Positions 38,294 to 51,720 of a DNA stretch of 64,000 bases are shown here, piece after piece (the first letter of the stretch is position 1; each line of letters starts with the position of its first letter). The DNA is from Callorhinchus milii (Eukaryota). The stretch is taken from contig NW_024704743.1 of the NCBI RefSeq assembly GCF_018977255.1, forward strand, positions 64,234,001 through 64,298,000, read 5' to 3'. Both the position numbers and the translations under genes were made by a program. The notes under the pieces were generated by a model. That model had not been told where the DNA came from and searched no databases. It saw nothing but the letters and a program-made list of their open reading frames with translations.

Positions 38294-38641
38294 ATAATAA
38301 TCCTTGCATTTTGATATAGCGCCTTATCATGTCTTCTAGACGTCTCAAAGCGCTTCACAGAATATACTGTAAAGTGAATTGACTATATTTTGTGGGCAAA
38401 ACGCTGCAGTCAATTGTGCACAGCAACGTTCCACAAACAGTCTTAGATTGAAGTGACCAATTTATTATTTTTTGAAAGAATTATTAGCCCCGGAAAAGCG
38501 ATCCGCCAATTGACTAACAACCGGATTCCTACTTACTGCTGGGTAAACAGAGGCGTGTGGAGTAAGGAACTTGCCCAACAATTTGAACCCAGGTCTCTCG
38601 CTTGCGAGGCGAGGGCTCTAACCACTAAGCTACCGGACTCC
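38294..38641 (-). mobile_element. tRNA-Ala SINE (long variant)
   Basis: Head to tail present. Confidence 0.88.
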
Positions 38642-41600
38642 ATAAACTGTGGTGGAATCCACAGCTTAGTTAAAAGACAACTTTTAACTAAACAAAATAC
38701 TCAGACTAGCAGATATTCCACTAATCAGTCGAAAACACCCACCAGATGAACAATGTGACAGGCAACTGTGTGGGTGCTATAATTGAGAACTACATGTGGG
38801 GCGTGGGGGAGGGGAGAGTAATGCGCCTCCAATAATCAAGGAAACAATCAATGTGACAATATGAAATTTATTAGTAAGTGGCTTCAAAAAGTACTTCTGA
38901 ACGACCTGAGCAGAACTTATCTCTTTGTCAAGTTGCCTCACATGAGGACCTGCGACAAACAACAACAAATTACATTTGATTAGCGCCTTTCACATCAGGA
39001 GGATGTCCCAAGGTGCTGGGATTTGCATCCGAGCTGGTGATTGGGATCAAGAGGGATGGGGGGAGGGTAGGGGTAGGAGGGTGATTGAAGGCAGGGTCAA
39101 AGAGGAGGGTCTTGAGACAGGTCTTAAAGGAGGCAAGGGAGGGGCGAGGTGGAGTAAATAAGTAAGGAGATTGAGTAAGGCTCATACTTGGCTTTGGACA
39201 TAGACCTCTAGAACATCAAGATGGCTCATACCTGCAAGTTATCCTGTGTAGGTTGTTTCACCAGAATGAAAGTAGCTGTTGAATAGCTGATGATGAAATT
39301 CTGAGGCTTTGGATGACAGCTATTGGGTGAAATGTAAGCAACTGCTACTGAATCTCCACTTCTTCTGAATCTTCTGGTCAGAGCATTCTGCATCTTTGCA
39401 AGAAACACGCAACAAGTGTCAACTAAACAATGTTGTAATACTGCAGATTTCTCATGGATTCTAGTGGGAGCACACAGAAGCTGGAAGTGCTGTACTATCA
39501 AAGAGCAATTTAGATTTCCCATATACGAATGAACAATCTGTTAACCCTTTTTTGCAATATCACAAGATCATAAAAGAGGTTTGGATGAAGAAGATCCCTT
39601 GGCCCATTTGATCTCATTCATCCAGAATACCCAACATGTACTCACCATATTCACTACAGAATCATTTTTTCCCCCAGATGAGTCCAGTCTCAACCATCCT
39701 TTTTGATAACCTGCTCCCGTCCTTAATTGCTCTCTGGGTAAATAAATACTTCCTGGTGTCTGTCTTCAATATTGCCTTCTTCCCACCTAAACCTGTATCA
39801 TATTTTGCTGCCTTGTGCATCCAAAAGCATTATTCCAGGTGTACATTTTCAATTCCATTTAAAATATTATATACAACAACAAAATTACATTTGTATGGCG
39901 CCTTTCACGTCGGGAGGACGTCGCAAGGCACTGGACAGTCAATATTTTGGACCCAACCTGGGGATCAAAGAGGGTGGAGGGCAGGGGGGAGAAGGAGGGA
40001 GAACCTAAATCCTCTCCTCCTGGGCTGGGCAGTCCAGGTCATACCTATGAGGGAATTGAAATACCTCGTTTTAAATGCTCTGAGACACTACCTTGCATGG
40101 AGGACACTATATAAGTGCAAGTTGTTGTTGTTGTGATCAAAGGCACGGTCGAAGAGGTAGGTCTTGAGATGGGTCTTGAGTGAGGCAAGGGAGAGAGTGA
40201 GGCAGAGGGACTGCGGGATGGAGTTCCAGAGGGTGGGGGCAGAGTGACTGAAGGCTCACCTCCCAATGGTGCGGCGGGCGAGGTAGGGACGTGAAGCAGG
40301 CTGGAGCTTCAATACCTCAATAAGTTCCCCTCTGAGATGTCTCCTTTCAAGCCTGTTGTCCTTATTTGTCTAATTATTGTTCACAACTCATAGAGTCTCA
40401 GCTGGCATTCCAATGCAGTGCTGGGATGTCCTTCATTGTTGGAGGTGCTATCTCAGTTTAACATATCAACCTTTGGCCAATGATCCCCAAATAAAATTGG
40501 TCATTCACTTCATGGTTCTTTATGGGATATGGTTGTGCACAAATTGCCTACTGTGTTCATCTACAAAACACACAATCACTGCACTTTACAGGATGTCCTG
40601 TGAAGTGCTTTTGGGATGTCTTTCTGACTTGAAAGGCATAGTACCAAATGTACGGATTATTATTATTAGGCAGAGAGCAATAAATTATTAGTATTATTAT
40701 AGCTAATTCCTCTTACATCCTCATTTCTCTCATTTGTATCTCACTGCCTCTTGGACTGGACGGCCCCCTTATGTCGCAACAACTAGACTTATACACAATT
40801 CTAGGTGTGGTACAGTACAGCTCATGTAGCTTATGTTATCCGGGAATCTAAACAAAACTGATTTGGCGATATAGCAAGCTTATAGAGGTCAAAAGTATAG
40901 AAAAAGAGGTAGGTCTCTAAACCAGTTTGAGAAATGTTGATTTTAAACTGTTAATTTATGTTACAGGAAGTTACAGAAAGTGATACTGGAAGGTTCTGCA
41001 GAACAATGGTTTGGTCCCACCTAAAGTACCTTTTGGAATTGTGGTCACCACATTACAGTAAGGGTACAGCAAAGGACAACTGAATTGATAGATGAATTGG
41101 CCATTACAAAGAGAGGCTATGGAAGCTGGGAATATTCACATATAATAGATTGCTCATGAAGATCCCATTGAAGTATTCAAGATCCTGATGGGTATTTTGA
41201 CTTCTTTAGACAGAGAGCAGTAAATACTGTACTGTATATGGAATAGAGTGGGGGAAGGGGGGTGGAGGGTTGGAAGGCACATTGTGTCAACAATTTCAAA
41301 AAGAAATTAGAGAGCTATTGGGTGAAGAAATTGATTGAGGGACACAATGGGCCGAATGGCCTTCTTCTGTGCTGTGCATGTCTATGGAGAGGATGAGAAA
41401 TAAGATTGTTTGTTTATTTTACTTTGGGACAGACCAGATGGACTGCAGTGATCTTTTTCTCTTCTTTACATTTCTATATTATTAATAATAATAATTCTTG
41501 TATTTGACACAGCACTTTTCATGACAGGAAGATGTTTTGAAGTGCTTTATGGGATTTATTGTAAAGTGATGGGACTATTTATGTGGGTGAATTTGCACAC

Positions 41601-42839
41601 AATAATGTCCCACAACCAGCCATGAAGGGATTGACCAGTTTTATTTGGGGTATTGTGGACACCAGGAGAAACTCTCTTCTCTTTTTGAATAGTGCCATGG
41701 GTTTCGTTAACATACTTTTGAATAAGCTATCGGGCTTTGGTTTAATGTGCCATCTGAAGGACATCCTGCATCTTCTACTTCAGCACTTACAGTGTAAGTT
41801 TAATAGTCTGCATACTCTGTAGCCTTTGCCCCTCATTATAGTAGATATCTTTTTTCTTCTGAACACAAGATATCTGTAATATCTTGTAATACTTATTCCA
41901 GTCTCTCCTCTATTAGAAAAAATCAAGTTCAAAGTGAGACAGATCAGAAGGTGAAGGAAAAAAAGAGGAATTGGTTTTATTAGATAAAATTGGTCATTAC
42001 GTTTTAATTTTTTTTAAAAAAAATGACCAATTACAAGGTTGTCATAGTTGACATCATCTATAAACTCTCCAGCAAGGAAAGTTGCATGAGAATCATGTGA
42101 TGTGAACATTGTTACTTTCTACCCATACAATTTGGTGTATACAGTATATTTAGGTATATGTAGCGAGAACAGGTGAGTGTTTTTTATTTTTTTAAAAAAT
42201 TGTGTACTCTATAAACTCTAGTAACATTGACGTTAGTGGTATGTTTCATATGTTGCAATTTATGAGAAAAGACTGCGTGAGGACATAAATACTGTACTCA
42301 TAATCCTTCAATTTGATAAAGCACCTTATCAAATTGTTAAGAAGTCTCAAAGCGCTTCACGGGATTTTACTGTGAAGTGTAGTGTTGGTGAATTTGTAGG
42401 CAGACATGGCAGCCAATTTGTGCACGAGCCCCACCAAAAAACATGATGGTTGGCCAGATCATCAGGAGAAACGCCCTTCTCTTTCGAATCATGGCAAGGG
42501 GGGATCTATAATGTCCGCCAAACAGCCGGATGGGATCTCAGTTTAACATCTCATTCAAAGGGCAATGCAGTAAGATCTAGCACTTCACTGCAGTGTCAGC
42601 CCCAGACCAGACTCACAACAGCCTGTGGCTCAACATCCCTCCCAACATTGGGGCTTGAACCCACAACCTTTGGATGCAGAGAAGGGACTGAGCCCGACTG
42701 CCACATGGCTGACAGGAGTGTGTGTGGGCACTTTGGGGGGTTGTGCAATCCGGTGCAGGTGCAGGTGAGAGGAGGTGGTTTGGTTTCAGGTGTTGTGTCA
42801 CTCTTGTCCCTCCCTCAGTCCTCTGCCCTCAGTGCAGTG

Positions 42840-43020
42840 CAGTGAGTGGTTACTGGCGGCTCACACTCCGGCTGCGACCTGCCGCCCGCGACAAGCGCAC
42901 AACTGTTTATCCGCACACACACACACCCGCACACACACACACACCGAGCTCGGGGGGGACACGGAGATCGCGGGCACTTGAACAGTCCCTCCCAGAGGGG
43001 AAAGCACTCCGGGTGCCATC
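42840..43020 (+). promoter_or_regulatory. CpG-rich putative ABCA13 promoter/5'UTR with (CA)n tracts
   Basis: Local CpG enrichment immediately upstream of GCCATCATG. Confidence 0.55.
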
Positions 43021-43089
43021 ATGAAGACCTTTCTTCGTCAGTTCAAAGTCATATTTTGGAAGAATTGGCTTTGCCGTGTGAAGCAGCCG
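43021..43089 (+). CDS. ABCA13: ABCA13 coding exon 1: MKTFLRQFKVIFWKNWLCRVKQP
   Basis: ABCA N-terminal WKNW motif; the QFK...WKNWLCR string fits recalled ABCA13 better than ABCA1/4/7/12; CCG|gtgggt donor; 69 nt. Confidence 0.88.
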
Positions 43090-43140
43090 GTGGGTCCCTG
43101 AGCCCCACTCCTCACACTGCCCTCACTGCTGCTCTCTACC

Positions 43141-43175
<35 letters not shown>

Positions 43176-43240
43176 ATCTCTCTCCACAGCTCAGCATTGG
43201 GGTGGGGGTCACTCACTTGGGTCTTTTGCTTGTGTTTCAG

Positions 43241-43334
43241 GTGCTGTCACTGTCCGAGATCGTCTGGCCATGTTTATTGTTCCTCATCCTGGCCGGGGTG
43301 AGGGTTCAGAACCCCCTGAAACATCGCGCAAACT
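43241..43334 (+). CDS. ABCA13: ABCA13 coding exon 2 (first TM helix): VLSLSEIVWPCLLFLILAGVRVQNPLKHRAN(C)
   Basis: tgtgtttcag| acceptor, T|gtgagt donor, 94 nt; WPC motif. Confidence 0.92.
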
Positions 43335-44985
43335 GTGAGTTTATCCCCTTTGCTCTCCTTTTTTTTTTGTGTGTGTGGGCGCGAAATCAATAGATCGATG
43401 GGTACAGATCGATCATGTCACGCTCAGGGCTGCAGAGTGCCAACTCCACTTGCACTCCCATCTGCGGGTTTACATGTGGTTAGTTACTGGAGCAAGTGAG
43501 TGCTGGTTTGCTGGGGACAACTTTCTCATCAGGGGTAGGACTGGGCAATTGCCCCGACTTGTTCTGTGGCAATAGTTTGTGGCAATGGTGTGCCCCAAGT
43601 GATGAATGTCTGGTGCACACACTGACTGCAAAAGGTGGGCTACAATTTCAGGTTGAAAGGCACCTGGATCTGGAGGTAGATTTCTTTTTTTTTTAAAAAA
43701 AAACACACCCCACCTGTCGAGAGCCCCAGGATGAAGTGCAGGGCACAATTTGAGAAGCTGCAGTGTAAACTTAGACTGTTTTGAGTCAATGCAAAGGCTG
43801 CACTCAGTGCCAGCCCTTAGGGGGCTGTCACGACTGATTCTTTGATAACATTAAATAGGTTAACCTAGGTATATGAGCTCTGTGCATGGGTTAGCTGCGG
43901 AAGGGCAGAATTATTTTCTCAAGGGGATGGGGGTGTTTGATCAATGTGGAAACCTATCACCATGCTTAAGAGTCTCCCATCCAAACTCAGGAGAGTTCCA
44001 CATATTCCGCTGAATTCAGAATTCTCCCCAGTGCAGGGCTGCAGTCAGCAGTATGCAAGCCTCATTGCCAGATGTGATATTGCTTTGGTTACAGCAGTTG
44101 CAAACATGACATTGTATGAACTCGGACACCAAAATTCATTCTGGCCGCAATCTAGTTGTACGCGGCTCTTTGACGTCTGCAGCTTTAATAACGAATAGAA
44201 ATATTCCACCATTATATCAGCAACAGTTTGATGAAATTAATAATAATTCTTGCATTTGATGTAATGTCTTATCACGTTGTTGAGGCACCTCAAAGCTCTT
44301 CACAGTCGATATATTGTAAAGAGGATTGACTGTATTTTTTGGGCAAAACTCAAAAATTAAAAGTTGCTGTAAGGAGATCTATTAATTGCTCCTTTAATAG
44401 TTTTGTGTCTTCTTGGTTCACTTTATTCAGTTGCTTTGAATGTTGTTTTGCAAATGGCATCAATATTCTGCACCTAAATTGGACAAAAATGCACAGTCAC
44501 AGGAAATAATTATTCTGCACTACAAACCATTGTTTTGTAGTTTTAAAGGCATATTGTCACAATTTAGGATGAGAAATGTCCAGTATTGTACTGCTTTTTA
44601 TTTATGTGCAAGTGAGACAAAGCAATGAAATAATGTTTTAATCGAATTATGTCAAATTATTTTGTCTGCTTATAAAACATCAGTGAAAGTTTTCCAAGTT
44701 ACTGTACATTGGCAGCCATGCCCCTTTAATAGACTGATTCTTCTGTGTTTATATATGTATAGAATGACCTATGTAGAGAAATGGTTTAAATGCCACTTAT
44801 TATTATTATAAACGGAAAGTGCAATTTTTACAACCTGGATAGACTTAGATAAATGATCTGAAATAGATAAATGATCTGAAAATATCCAATCCTGCTGATA
44901 ACTGGAAGTGTATAATGCTGACCCACAGCAACTGTTCTCCAACCTATCCAGATGCAAGTAAATCACAGGATTACTACCACCACTA

Positions 44986-45334
44986 CTAATAATCCCTAAT
45001 TTGATATTGTGTCTTTGAGACGTCTCAAAGTGCTTCACAGAATGTACTGTAAACTGAATTGACTGTATATTTTGGGGGTAAAATGTGGCAACCAAATGCA
45101 CACAGCAGTGTCCCACAAACAGTCATGGATTGAGTGACCAATTTTTTTTTAAAAAAAGGAATTATTACCCTGCAAAAAAGTGATTCACCAATCAACTAGC
45201 AATCGGGTTCCTACTTATAGCTCGGTAAACAGAGGCATGTGGAGTGTAGAAAACTTGCCCAACATTTTGCCCTGCCGGGAATCAAACCTAGGTCTTGCGA
45301 GACGAGTGGTCTAACCACTAAACTACAGGATTCC
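44986..45334 (-). mobile_element. tRNA-Ala SINE (long variant)
   Basis: Head to tail present. Confidence 0.85.
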
Positions 45335-48004
45335 ACTGTGGTTGGCATGCAACATATCCAGTTATCATCAGGACTTAATACTATGTACATGATATTGCGA
45401 CTAGTGCATTTTTGACCCCATTAATATTTGATTCCCTGTGCCTTCTTGTCCTCCTCACACTCTCTGCCACTGTTGACCACCCTATCCTTCTCCACCTTCA
45501 CTCTTCCATGATACACCTCTGAGGCTTTGTACTTTCCACACAGACATTAATCGCAGGCACTGGACTTCTCTTTCTATGTGTTATAGGAGTTGAGGCTGCT
45601 GAAACTCCTCAGTGAGATGACATCAGCTACTGAAATTAATCCAAATATTATTGGTGGAGAGATTTAACATCTCTTCCAGAAGTGGAGCAATTATTTATCT
45701 TTATCTGCTCCTAAATAATCTTGCTGAGAACTCAGAAAAGCTCTGTAAAACTTGGCAGATGTGCATGGCTGTCTGAATATACATTTTACTAAATGTGTCC
45801 TTTCCCTAAGCAGTTGTTTATTTGAATATTAAAATAAAGGATTTCATTGATACCACTTCCTTTCTTTGTGCCAATTAGGATGATAATTCCATGCACATCA
45901 CCTACACATGAAAATTCTCATATGCACTCTGTTCCTGAAGGGACACATCCTGCTTACCTGTCTGTCTTGGTCTGTCATCAGCAGTGCCTCAAGTACTGCA
46001 AACCCACCTAGCTCTAGAATATAGACAGCCAAAAAGGTTTTGCCTTGACTCCATTGCTTTTTTTCCCATTGTTAATTCAGTTGTGAGGTAGAATTCAAAG
46101 TATAGAATTTATTTACATTTAGTCTTACATTTTTTTCTGTGAATCTTGAGGGGATGGGTCATGACTGGAACTAGAACAGTATTAAAATGTTCTACTTGGT
46201 GTCAGATTTAAGAATTCCTCAGTCACATGTAATTATGTCTCGGTTATGCTGTTCTTTTTGGTGCATTTCAGATTGCACTGCTCAGTATAAACAATATTCA
46301 TATAAGCACAAGCAGTGATAATTTATTTTGGATAACCTAATGAATGCTATGTTTAAAATTATCCAAACCATTAAAAATGATTTCTTATAAGGGTCTCCAG
46401 TAGTTAGGTAATGAGAATGTGTCCCCCCAGGAAGAGAGTGCACATTCCATTGTAAACTAAGGGAAGTTTCCATATCTGGTGGAATACATATGTCCATGTG
46501 CAATCTTTCCTAAAAGGATACATCCTCGTTACCTAATTCCAAAGAGTATTCTGCACAAGTTGCAAGAGCCATGATTTTGAGACCAGAGTGTCTGCTTTGG
46601 AATCCTGCTGAAGTTTAATCAGCAAAAAATGCATTTCAGTGAGAGTGGATTTGGCCTTTACTCATAATTTGAAGCATGGGACTGCCCAAGAACTTTTAGT
46701 AGATAATTTTTAATGTTAATAAAGGTAATAATGTGACCGGCTATTTAATAACAGTAAAAACAAACTGACACGTCCTGATGGTTTAGTTGAGCTCTTCCCG
46801 TTTCATTGTGCAGTTCTCTCCTCAGCTCCCAGCCATTGCAGTTTCAGAGTGGGAAATATAAATCAGGCTTCCCAGTTATTTTTTTATTGGAAATAATACA
46901 ATCAATGGAAGACAGGAATGTACAGAACCATTGTAGTCTATCTGACTGGCCCCCAAAATTGAAAAAAATATATTTAAAAAATCATTACATTAAATAATCA
47001 CTTTTAGCTGTATGTGTGTTAGCCTGGTCATTCGGTAGCACTCTTGCATCTGAGTCAGAAGGCTGTGGGTTCAAGCTTCATGTCGTGATGTGTTGTCAGA
47101 GATGCTAATCTTCAGAAGAGACATTAAACCAAGGTCCTGCCTTGTGTCCATGCATTGAAAAGAGAAAAGAGCTTGTCTAGTCTGCTGTGCTTGAAGGTGT
47201 GCTAAATTGCTATATTAAATTAAAGGATTATTATTATTATTAATATTATAAATCATCTATAAGGTGCAAAGTGTTTATCCTCAACAAAGTGCCTTAACCT
47301 CTCTATCAGAATTGCATTCTTTACTAGAAAGTGTGACTTATTCATTTTCCACACAACATCTTCTCTGAGCAATAGTTTTATGTTGTCAGCCTGCTCACTG
47401 GGAACTGGATTGTGACTGTTCAGACTAATTTCATACCATAATAATATTCTTTGCATTTGATATAGCACCTTCCATGTTTCAAAGCGCTTGAAAGGATTCA
47501 CTGTAAAGTGTAGTGACTGTATTTTGTAAGTGAATGTATCAATGTGACCTCAGAGGTAAAAGGACAGTGAGATGATCCACAGATTGACCAAATCACACTG
47601 CTCGCTATCTTCTTTCTAAAGAAACATTACAAGAATACATGAAATTATTAATTAAAAAATTCTATTCTCTTTTCTCCACACTAGAATTAACACTGTCTAA
47701 TTTTAATTACCGTGTTTCACTTTATTTTCATCAAGTTTATTTCTTTCGTCAAATGGTAATGATTCATCTCAGTAGATAAGAAAGTCATATTAATTGAATT
47801 TCTAAAGCATCAAATATTTTAGAAAATGTATAACTACAGATTTTTTAATTAAGAAACCTGCAAAGAAACACCACCCCCATTTTTTTAAAATTAATATTTT
47901 AAAACTCAAGTGATAATTATTTTTTAAAAAACACACTTTTAACAGGTAATTCATGTAAAGGTTAAGCTGTCTTTAATATGAAATGCTTTCTCTTTTTCCT
48001 TTAG

Positions 48005-48116
48005 GCTACATGGAGCCTCGTACCTTGCCCAGTGGAGGACTTTACCCATTTGTTCAAAGTCTCTTTTGTGACGAGGGTTCCCATTGCTATGGGGATGCTA
48101 TGTCTCAGAAAACAAG
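48005..48116 (+). CDS. ABCA13: ABCA13 coding exon 3: CYMEPRTLPSGGLYPFVQSLFCDEGSHC...QKT(R)
   Basis: Polypyrimidine tract plus ttag| acceptor, AG|gtactg donor, 112 nt; PRxLPSxGxxPFVQSLxC ABCA motif. Confidence 0.92.
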
Positions 48117-49129
48117 GTACTGACCCCAATGCTTTCTACCTCAATGCTTATTCAGCAGCGTGTCTGACAATCGCAGAAACTCATCACTATGCTTACACGT
48201 ACATGAGGCAAGAACGCATGGAAATGTCCTAGTGTCTAGAATAGAATCACTCTCTCCCTAGAGGGACACACGCTGAATAACTAATTCAAAACTAATTTAG
48301 GTGAAAATTGAAAAGAGCCAAGGTTTTGGGACAAAGTGTGTGTTGCGGTATTACTGGAATTCACACTGCTAAAATCACAAACTGCTTAGCTTGCCATCAG
48401 AAGCAGACTCCCCTGTTGTAACATTGGAGTCTAAATTGTGATAGTTGGGATGTATTGTGTCAATTGCAATTTTGGTTTGTGATAGATGATTTCATATTCA
48501 AAAAAAACAAAACCAATTATTTGTGAAACCCAAAGATTGAAAAAACGTCAGTGCTTTACTATGTGGGCTTTTATGAAACACTTTAAGCTTTTTTTTCAAC
48601 TGTAAAATGGACTGAAAGTAAAGTGTCAGCTGTAGTTGCAACTTCTAGTTTGAGAATATTAAAATATAGGTGTTCCGTGACTGTAATGCGTGCTGTACGT
48701 AGTGTCTGACTGCGTACCAGGACCAGTCACTGGGTTAGAGTTAACCATAGAACAATAGTATTCAATCTTAGAGTAAACAATTGCAAGGATATTATAATTT
48801 AAGAACAGTGACGTTTCCTTAAAATATCCCTGGCATCAGCTACGAAATTAAAACTTAATTGAGAAAGTTTTCACAATTCTTCATTATCACAAATCTTCAG
48901 ACAAAATGGTTTAATAGGCTAGACACAACTTCCTCTGCACTTCCATCTCCAACAAAAAGCAATCCGCTGAAAACATTTTGTGACCTGCCAGGATTATTAG
49001 TACAAGAACATTTCTGTAATTCTATCCAACCTACTTTCAATATCACACATACAAAACCAGTTTCACAAGGTTTGCTCTGCACAAATGATCCTCAATACAA
49101 TACAAGGGGGAGGAAGGTAAACAGGTTTC

Positions 49130-49520
49130 CTTAGAGCTGAACTGACTCCCAAGGTGACATGCCTGGCAATTGAATGTCAGAACTGAGACAGCCCTCTGTG
49201 AGGGTCTCTAGTCTGGTTCATGAGCCAGGCAGGTCTGCAGTATTCCAGGGCACTGCTGATGACAGCACAGCCAGCCTGGCTCATCAGCAGGACCTGGAAG
49301 GGTAGACCAGTCACTGGGGGCAAGGACTCAGCAATGGGTACGGTGGTGTCAGCTGGACCGAACAGCGGGAAAGCTTGCCGAACAGCAATATCAATGGCAA
49401 GCTATGTGGTTTTAGCTAGTTAGTCTCCGTCAGTACCCGCTGTTGGGGACTGCACACTCTGAGGTCCCCAAGCCTTGGCCCTTGCCAATCTGTGACTAAT
49501 ATTTTCCAGAATTAGGTAAG
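49130..49520 (-). repeat. Unclassified ~0.5 kb repeat, copy 4. Copy 5 at ~57330-57700 (-); partial copies at 45880-46030, 46390-46640, 48200-48410
   Basis: Reverse complement of the shared blocks; its spurious ORF shares LMTAQPAWLI.RTW.GRPVTG with that of copy 2. Confidence 0.78.
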
Positions 49521-50204
49521 GCGGAGGGATTGAGAGAGAGTGGAGGCATGCCCAGGCTGGAGCAGAAGGAGATAGTGGTGGGGTCCAGGAGAGAGAAGTC
49601 GAGGAGGGCAGTGGGAGAGAAGGACAGAGTGGGAGTAGCGGAGAGTGGGGGAATAGGAGCAGGAACTTTTTCAGGGGCAGCGGCTCGCGTCGGCAGCCAA
49701 AACGAGCATGGACAGACCAGGAGCGAGTGATCAGTGGGGCAGCCTCAGCCTGTAGGCTGTGGGAGACAGCACAGGTTGGGGGAAGAGAGGGCATGGTAGT
49801 CATGGCTTAGGTGCCAGAGCCAGGTAGGGAAAGGAGGGAGGACAAGGTAGCAGAAGGATAGTAAAATTTACACTATACTTACCACATACTGGCGCATTTG
49901 AAAATGGTGCCTGGAAATGACGTCACGCAGCGAGATTCGGACGTTGTTCAGGCGGGGGATTTTGAAATGGGTCTGACCAACATGAGGGAAACCTATGATT
50001 TGATCCAGAAGCAAATCTTTTTTTAAAAATTCATCAGGGCATAGATGATGCTAATGGGGGTCAGCATATAATGCCCATCTTTGTTCTGAGAAGGTGGAGC
50101 TTTCTCTTTAAACTTCTGCTGTCTTTGTGGTGAAGGTGCTCAAGGTGCAAAACTGGTTTTGGGTAGGTGGTTCCACGATTTTGACCACCTTCTGCAATGA
50201 TGCA

Positions 50205-50596
50205 TTCACAGCTTTGCTCCCTCCTACCTCTCCAACCTACTATCCCCCTACCTACCCGCCCGTACCCTCCGTTCCTCTGGCTCCGGTCTGCTCCACATCC
50301 CCCGCCCCAACCGCCCTACTATCGGTGGCCGGGCCTTCAGCCCCGAGGCTCTGGAACTCCATCCCCAGTGCCTTCGCCGCTTCCTCCCTTTCCTCCTTCA
50401 AGGCCGGTCTCAAGACCTTTCTCTTTGACCGTGCCTTCAGCTCCCCTCTCGACTCTCTACCCCCTCCTCGCTCCCTCCCTTCCCTCCCCTCACCCTGACC
50501 ATTTCCCCCTGCTCGGGTCCTGACCCAACTGTACAGCGCCTTGGGACGTCCTCCCGATGTGAAAGGCGCTCAATAAATGGAATCTTGTTGTTGTTG
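50205..50596 (+). mobile_element. Young L2 LINE 3' fragment
   Basis: Near-identical to 19150-19550; (TTG)n tail. Confidence 0.92.
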
Positions 50597-51602
50597 ATGA
50601 ACAACAGTAACCTGAATTTAGATGAACGGCAATAACCTCCAGAAAGTTTACTTTCAGCAAATGTTTTCTATTGAAATGGGTGTTGTCTTCTCAGCAACTG
50701 TTATCACCATAGAGCGAGTCATTAGGCATTTCCCTATCTGTAAACATGAAAAACAATAATTTACATTTATATAGCGCCCGCAGAATCTCTGAGTACTTTA
50801 TAAGATCTTATTCATGTTATTTTGTACATATCAATAATCTGTAAATTGTATGATAAAATCATACTATTTCACAATTTACATTTTAAAAAAGAACATTCCC
50901 TTCCCCGCCCCTCCCTTCCTCTTCTCTTCTTTTCTCTCTCAACTCCTACCGTCCCCAAACCTTCTCTTCTCCACTCCCATCTCTTTGCCTCCCCTCCACT
51001 TTCCCTCCCCTCCCTCCACAATTCACTACCGAACACACAATGTTGCTACAACAAATGTACGATTTGAATCCAACTCACAGACAATGTTGCCCATCAAGTA
51101 AACAGATTCAATAATAATAATAATCCTTGCATTTGGTATAGCGCCTTACCACATCGTTGAGACGTCTCATGGCGCTTCAACTACCAAGAAACACCAAAAC
51201 AACTTTCATTTATATAGCGCCCTTCACCCAGGGTAGTGTCCTGGAGCGCTTTACTGGAAACTTTACTAAGAAGACAATTCTTACTCTTGCTGCCCTCAAT
51301 CCTGCTAGTTTCTGAGATATTTATCCAGCTATAATAATATTATTATTTATCCAGCTAGCATTTGAACATATTAATCAACGCAGCAGAGCAGGAGGTTATT
51401 CCACACTGTTCAATGCTGTGTGGGGGAAAATGCCTTTGTAATTCATGTTATTCATTCACTGTAATTATATACTTGCAAATTTAATGTTCATAACCTCCAG
51501 TCTATGCTCCCAATATGAGTTGAATAGAGTTAGACCCTGCTATTGTGGTGGCTTCTTTCCATAAATTCATACCTCACTTTAGAACGAGTGGTTAAACTAT
51601 AT

Positions 51603-51720
51603 CCAGGTTGATGACGTCAGGAATAACATCAACGGCAGCGAAATGACCTGAAATGCAGTCAGTCAGTCAGTCCTTCAGGGCATTAGGCATTGATGTTACT
51701 TCTGATGTGATCAAACCTGG
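51603..51720. repeat. Imperfect palindrome/hairpin with ~50-nt arms
   Basis: CCAGGTTGATGACGTCAGGAATAACATCAA pairs with TTGATGTTACTTCTGATGTGATCAAACCTGG; inner AATGACCTGAA pairs with TTCAGGGCATT. Confidence 0.8.

Noticed and set aside
43021..48116. ABCA12 or ABCA1 assignment
   Set aside because: WKNWLCR, WPC and PFVQSL, together with exons 4-6, fit recalled ABCA13 better.
49530..49980. Independent CpG promoter or ORF in ABCA13 intron 3
   Set aside because: The purine-skewed sequence is probably the 5' part of an antisense LINE; there is no independent support.
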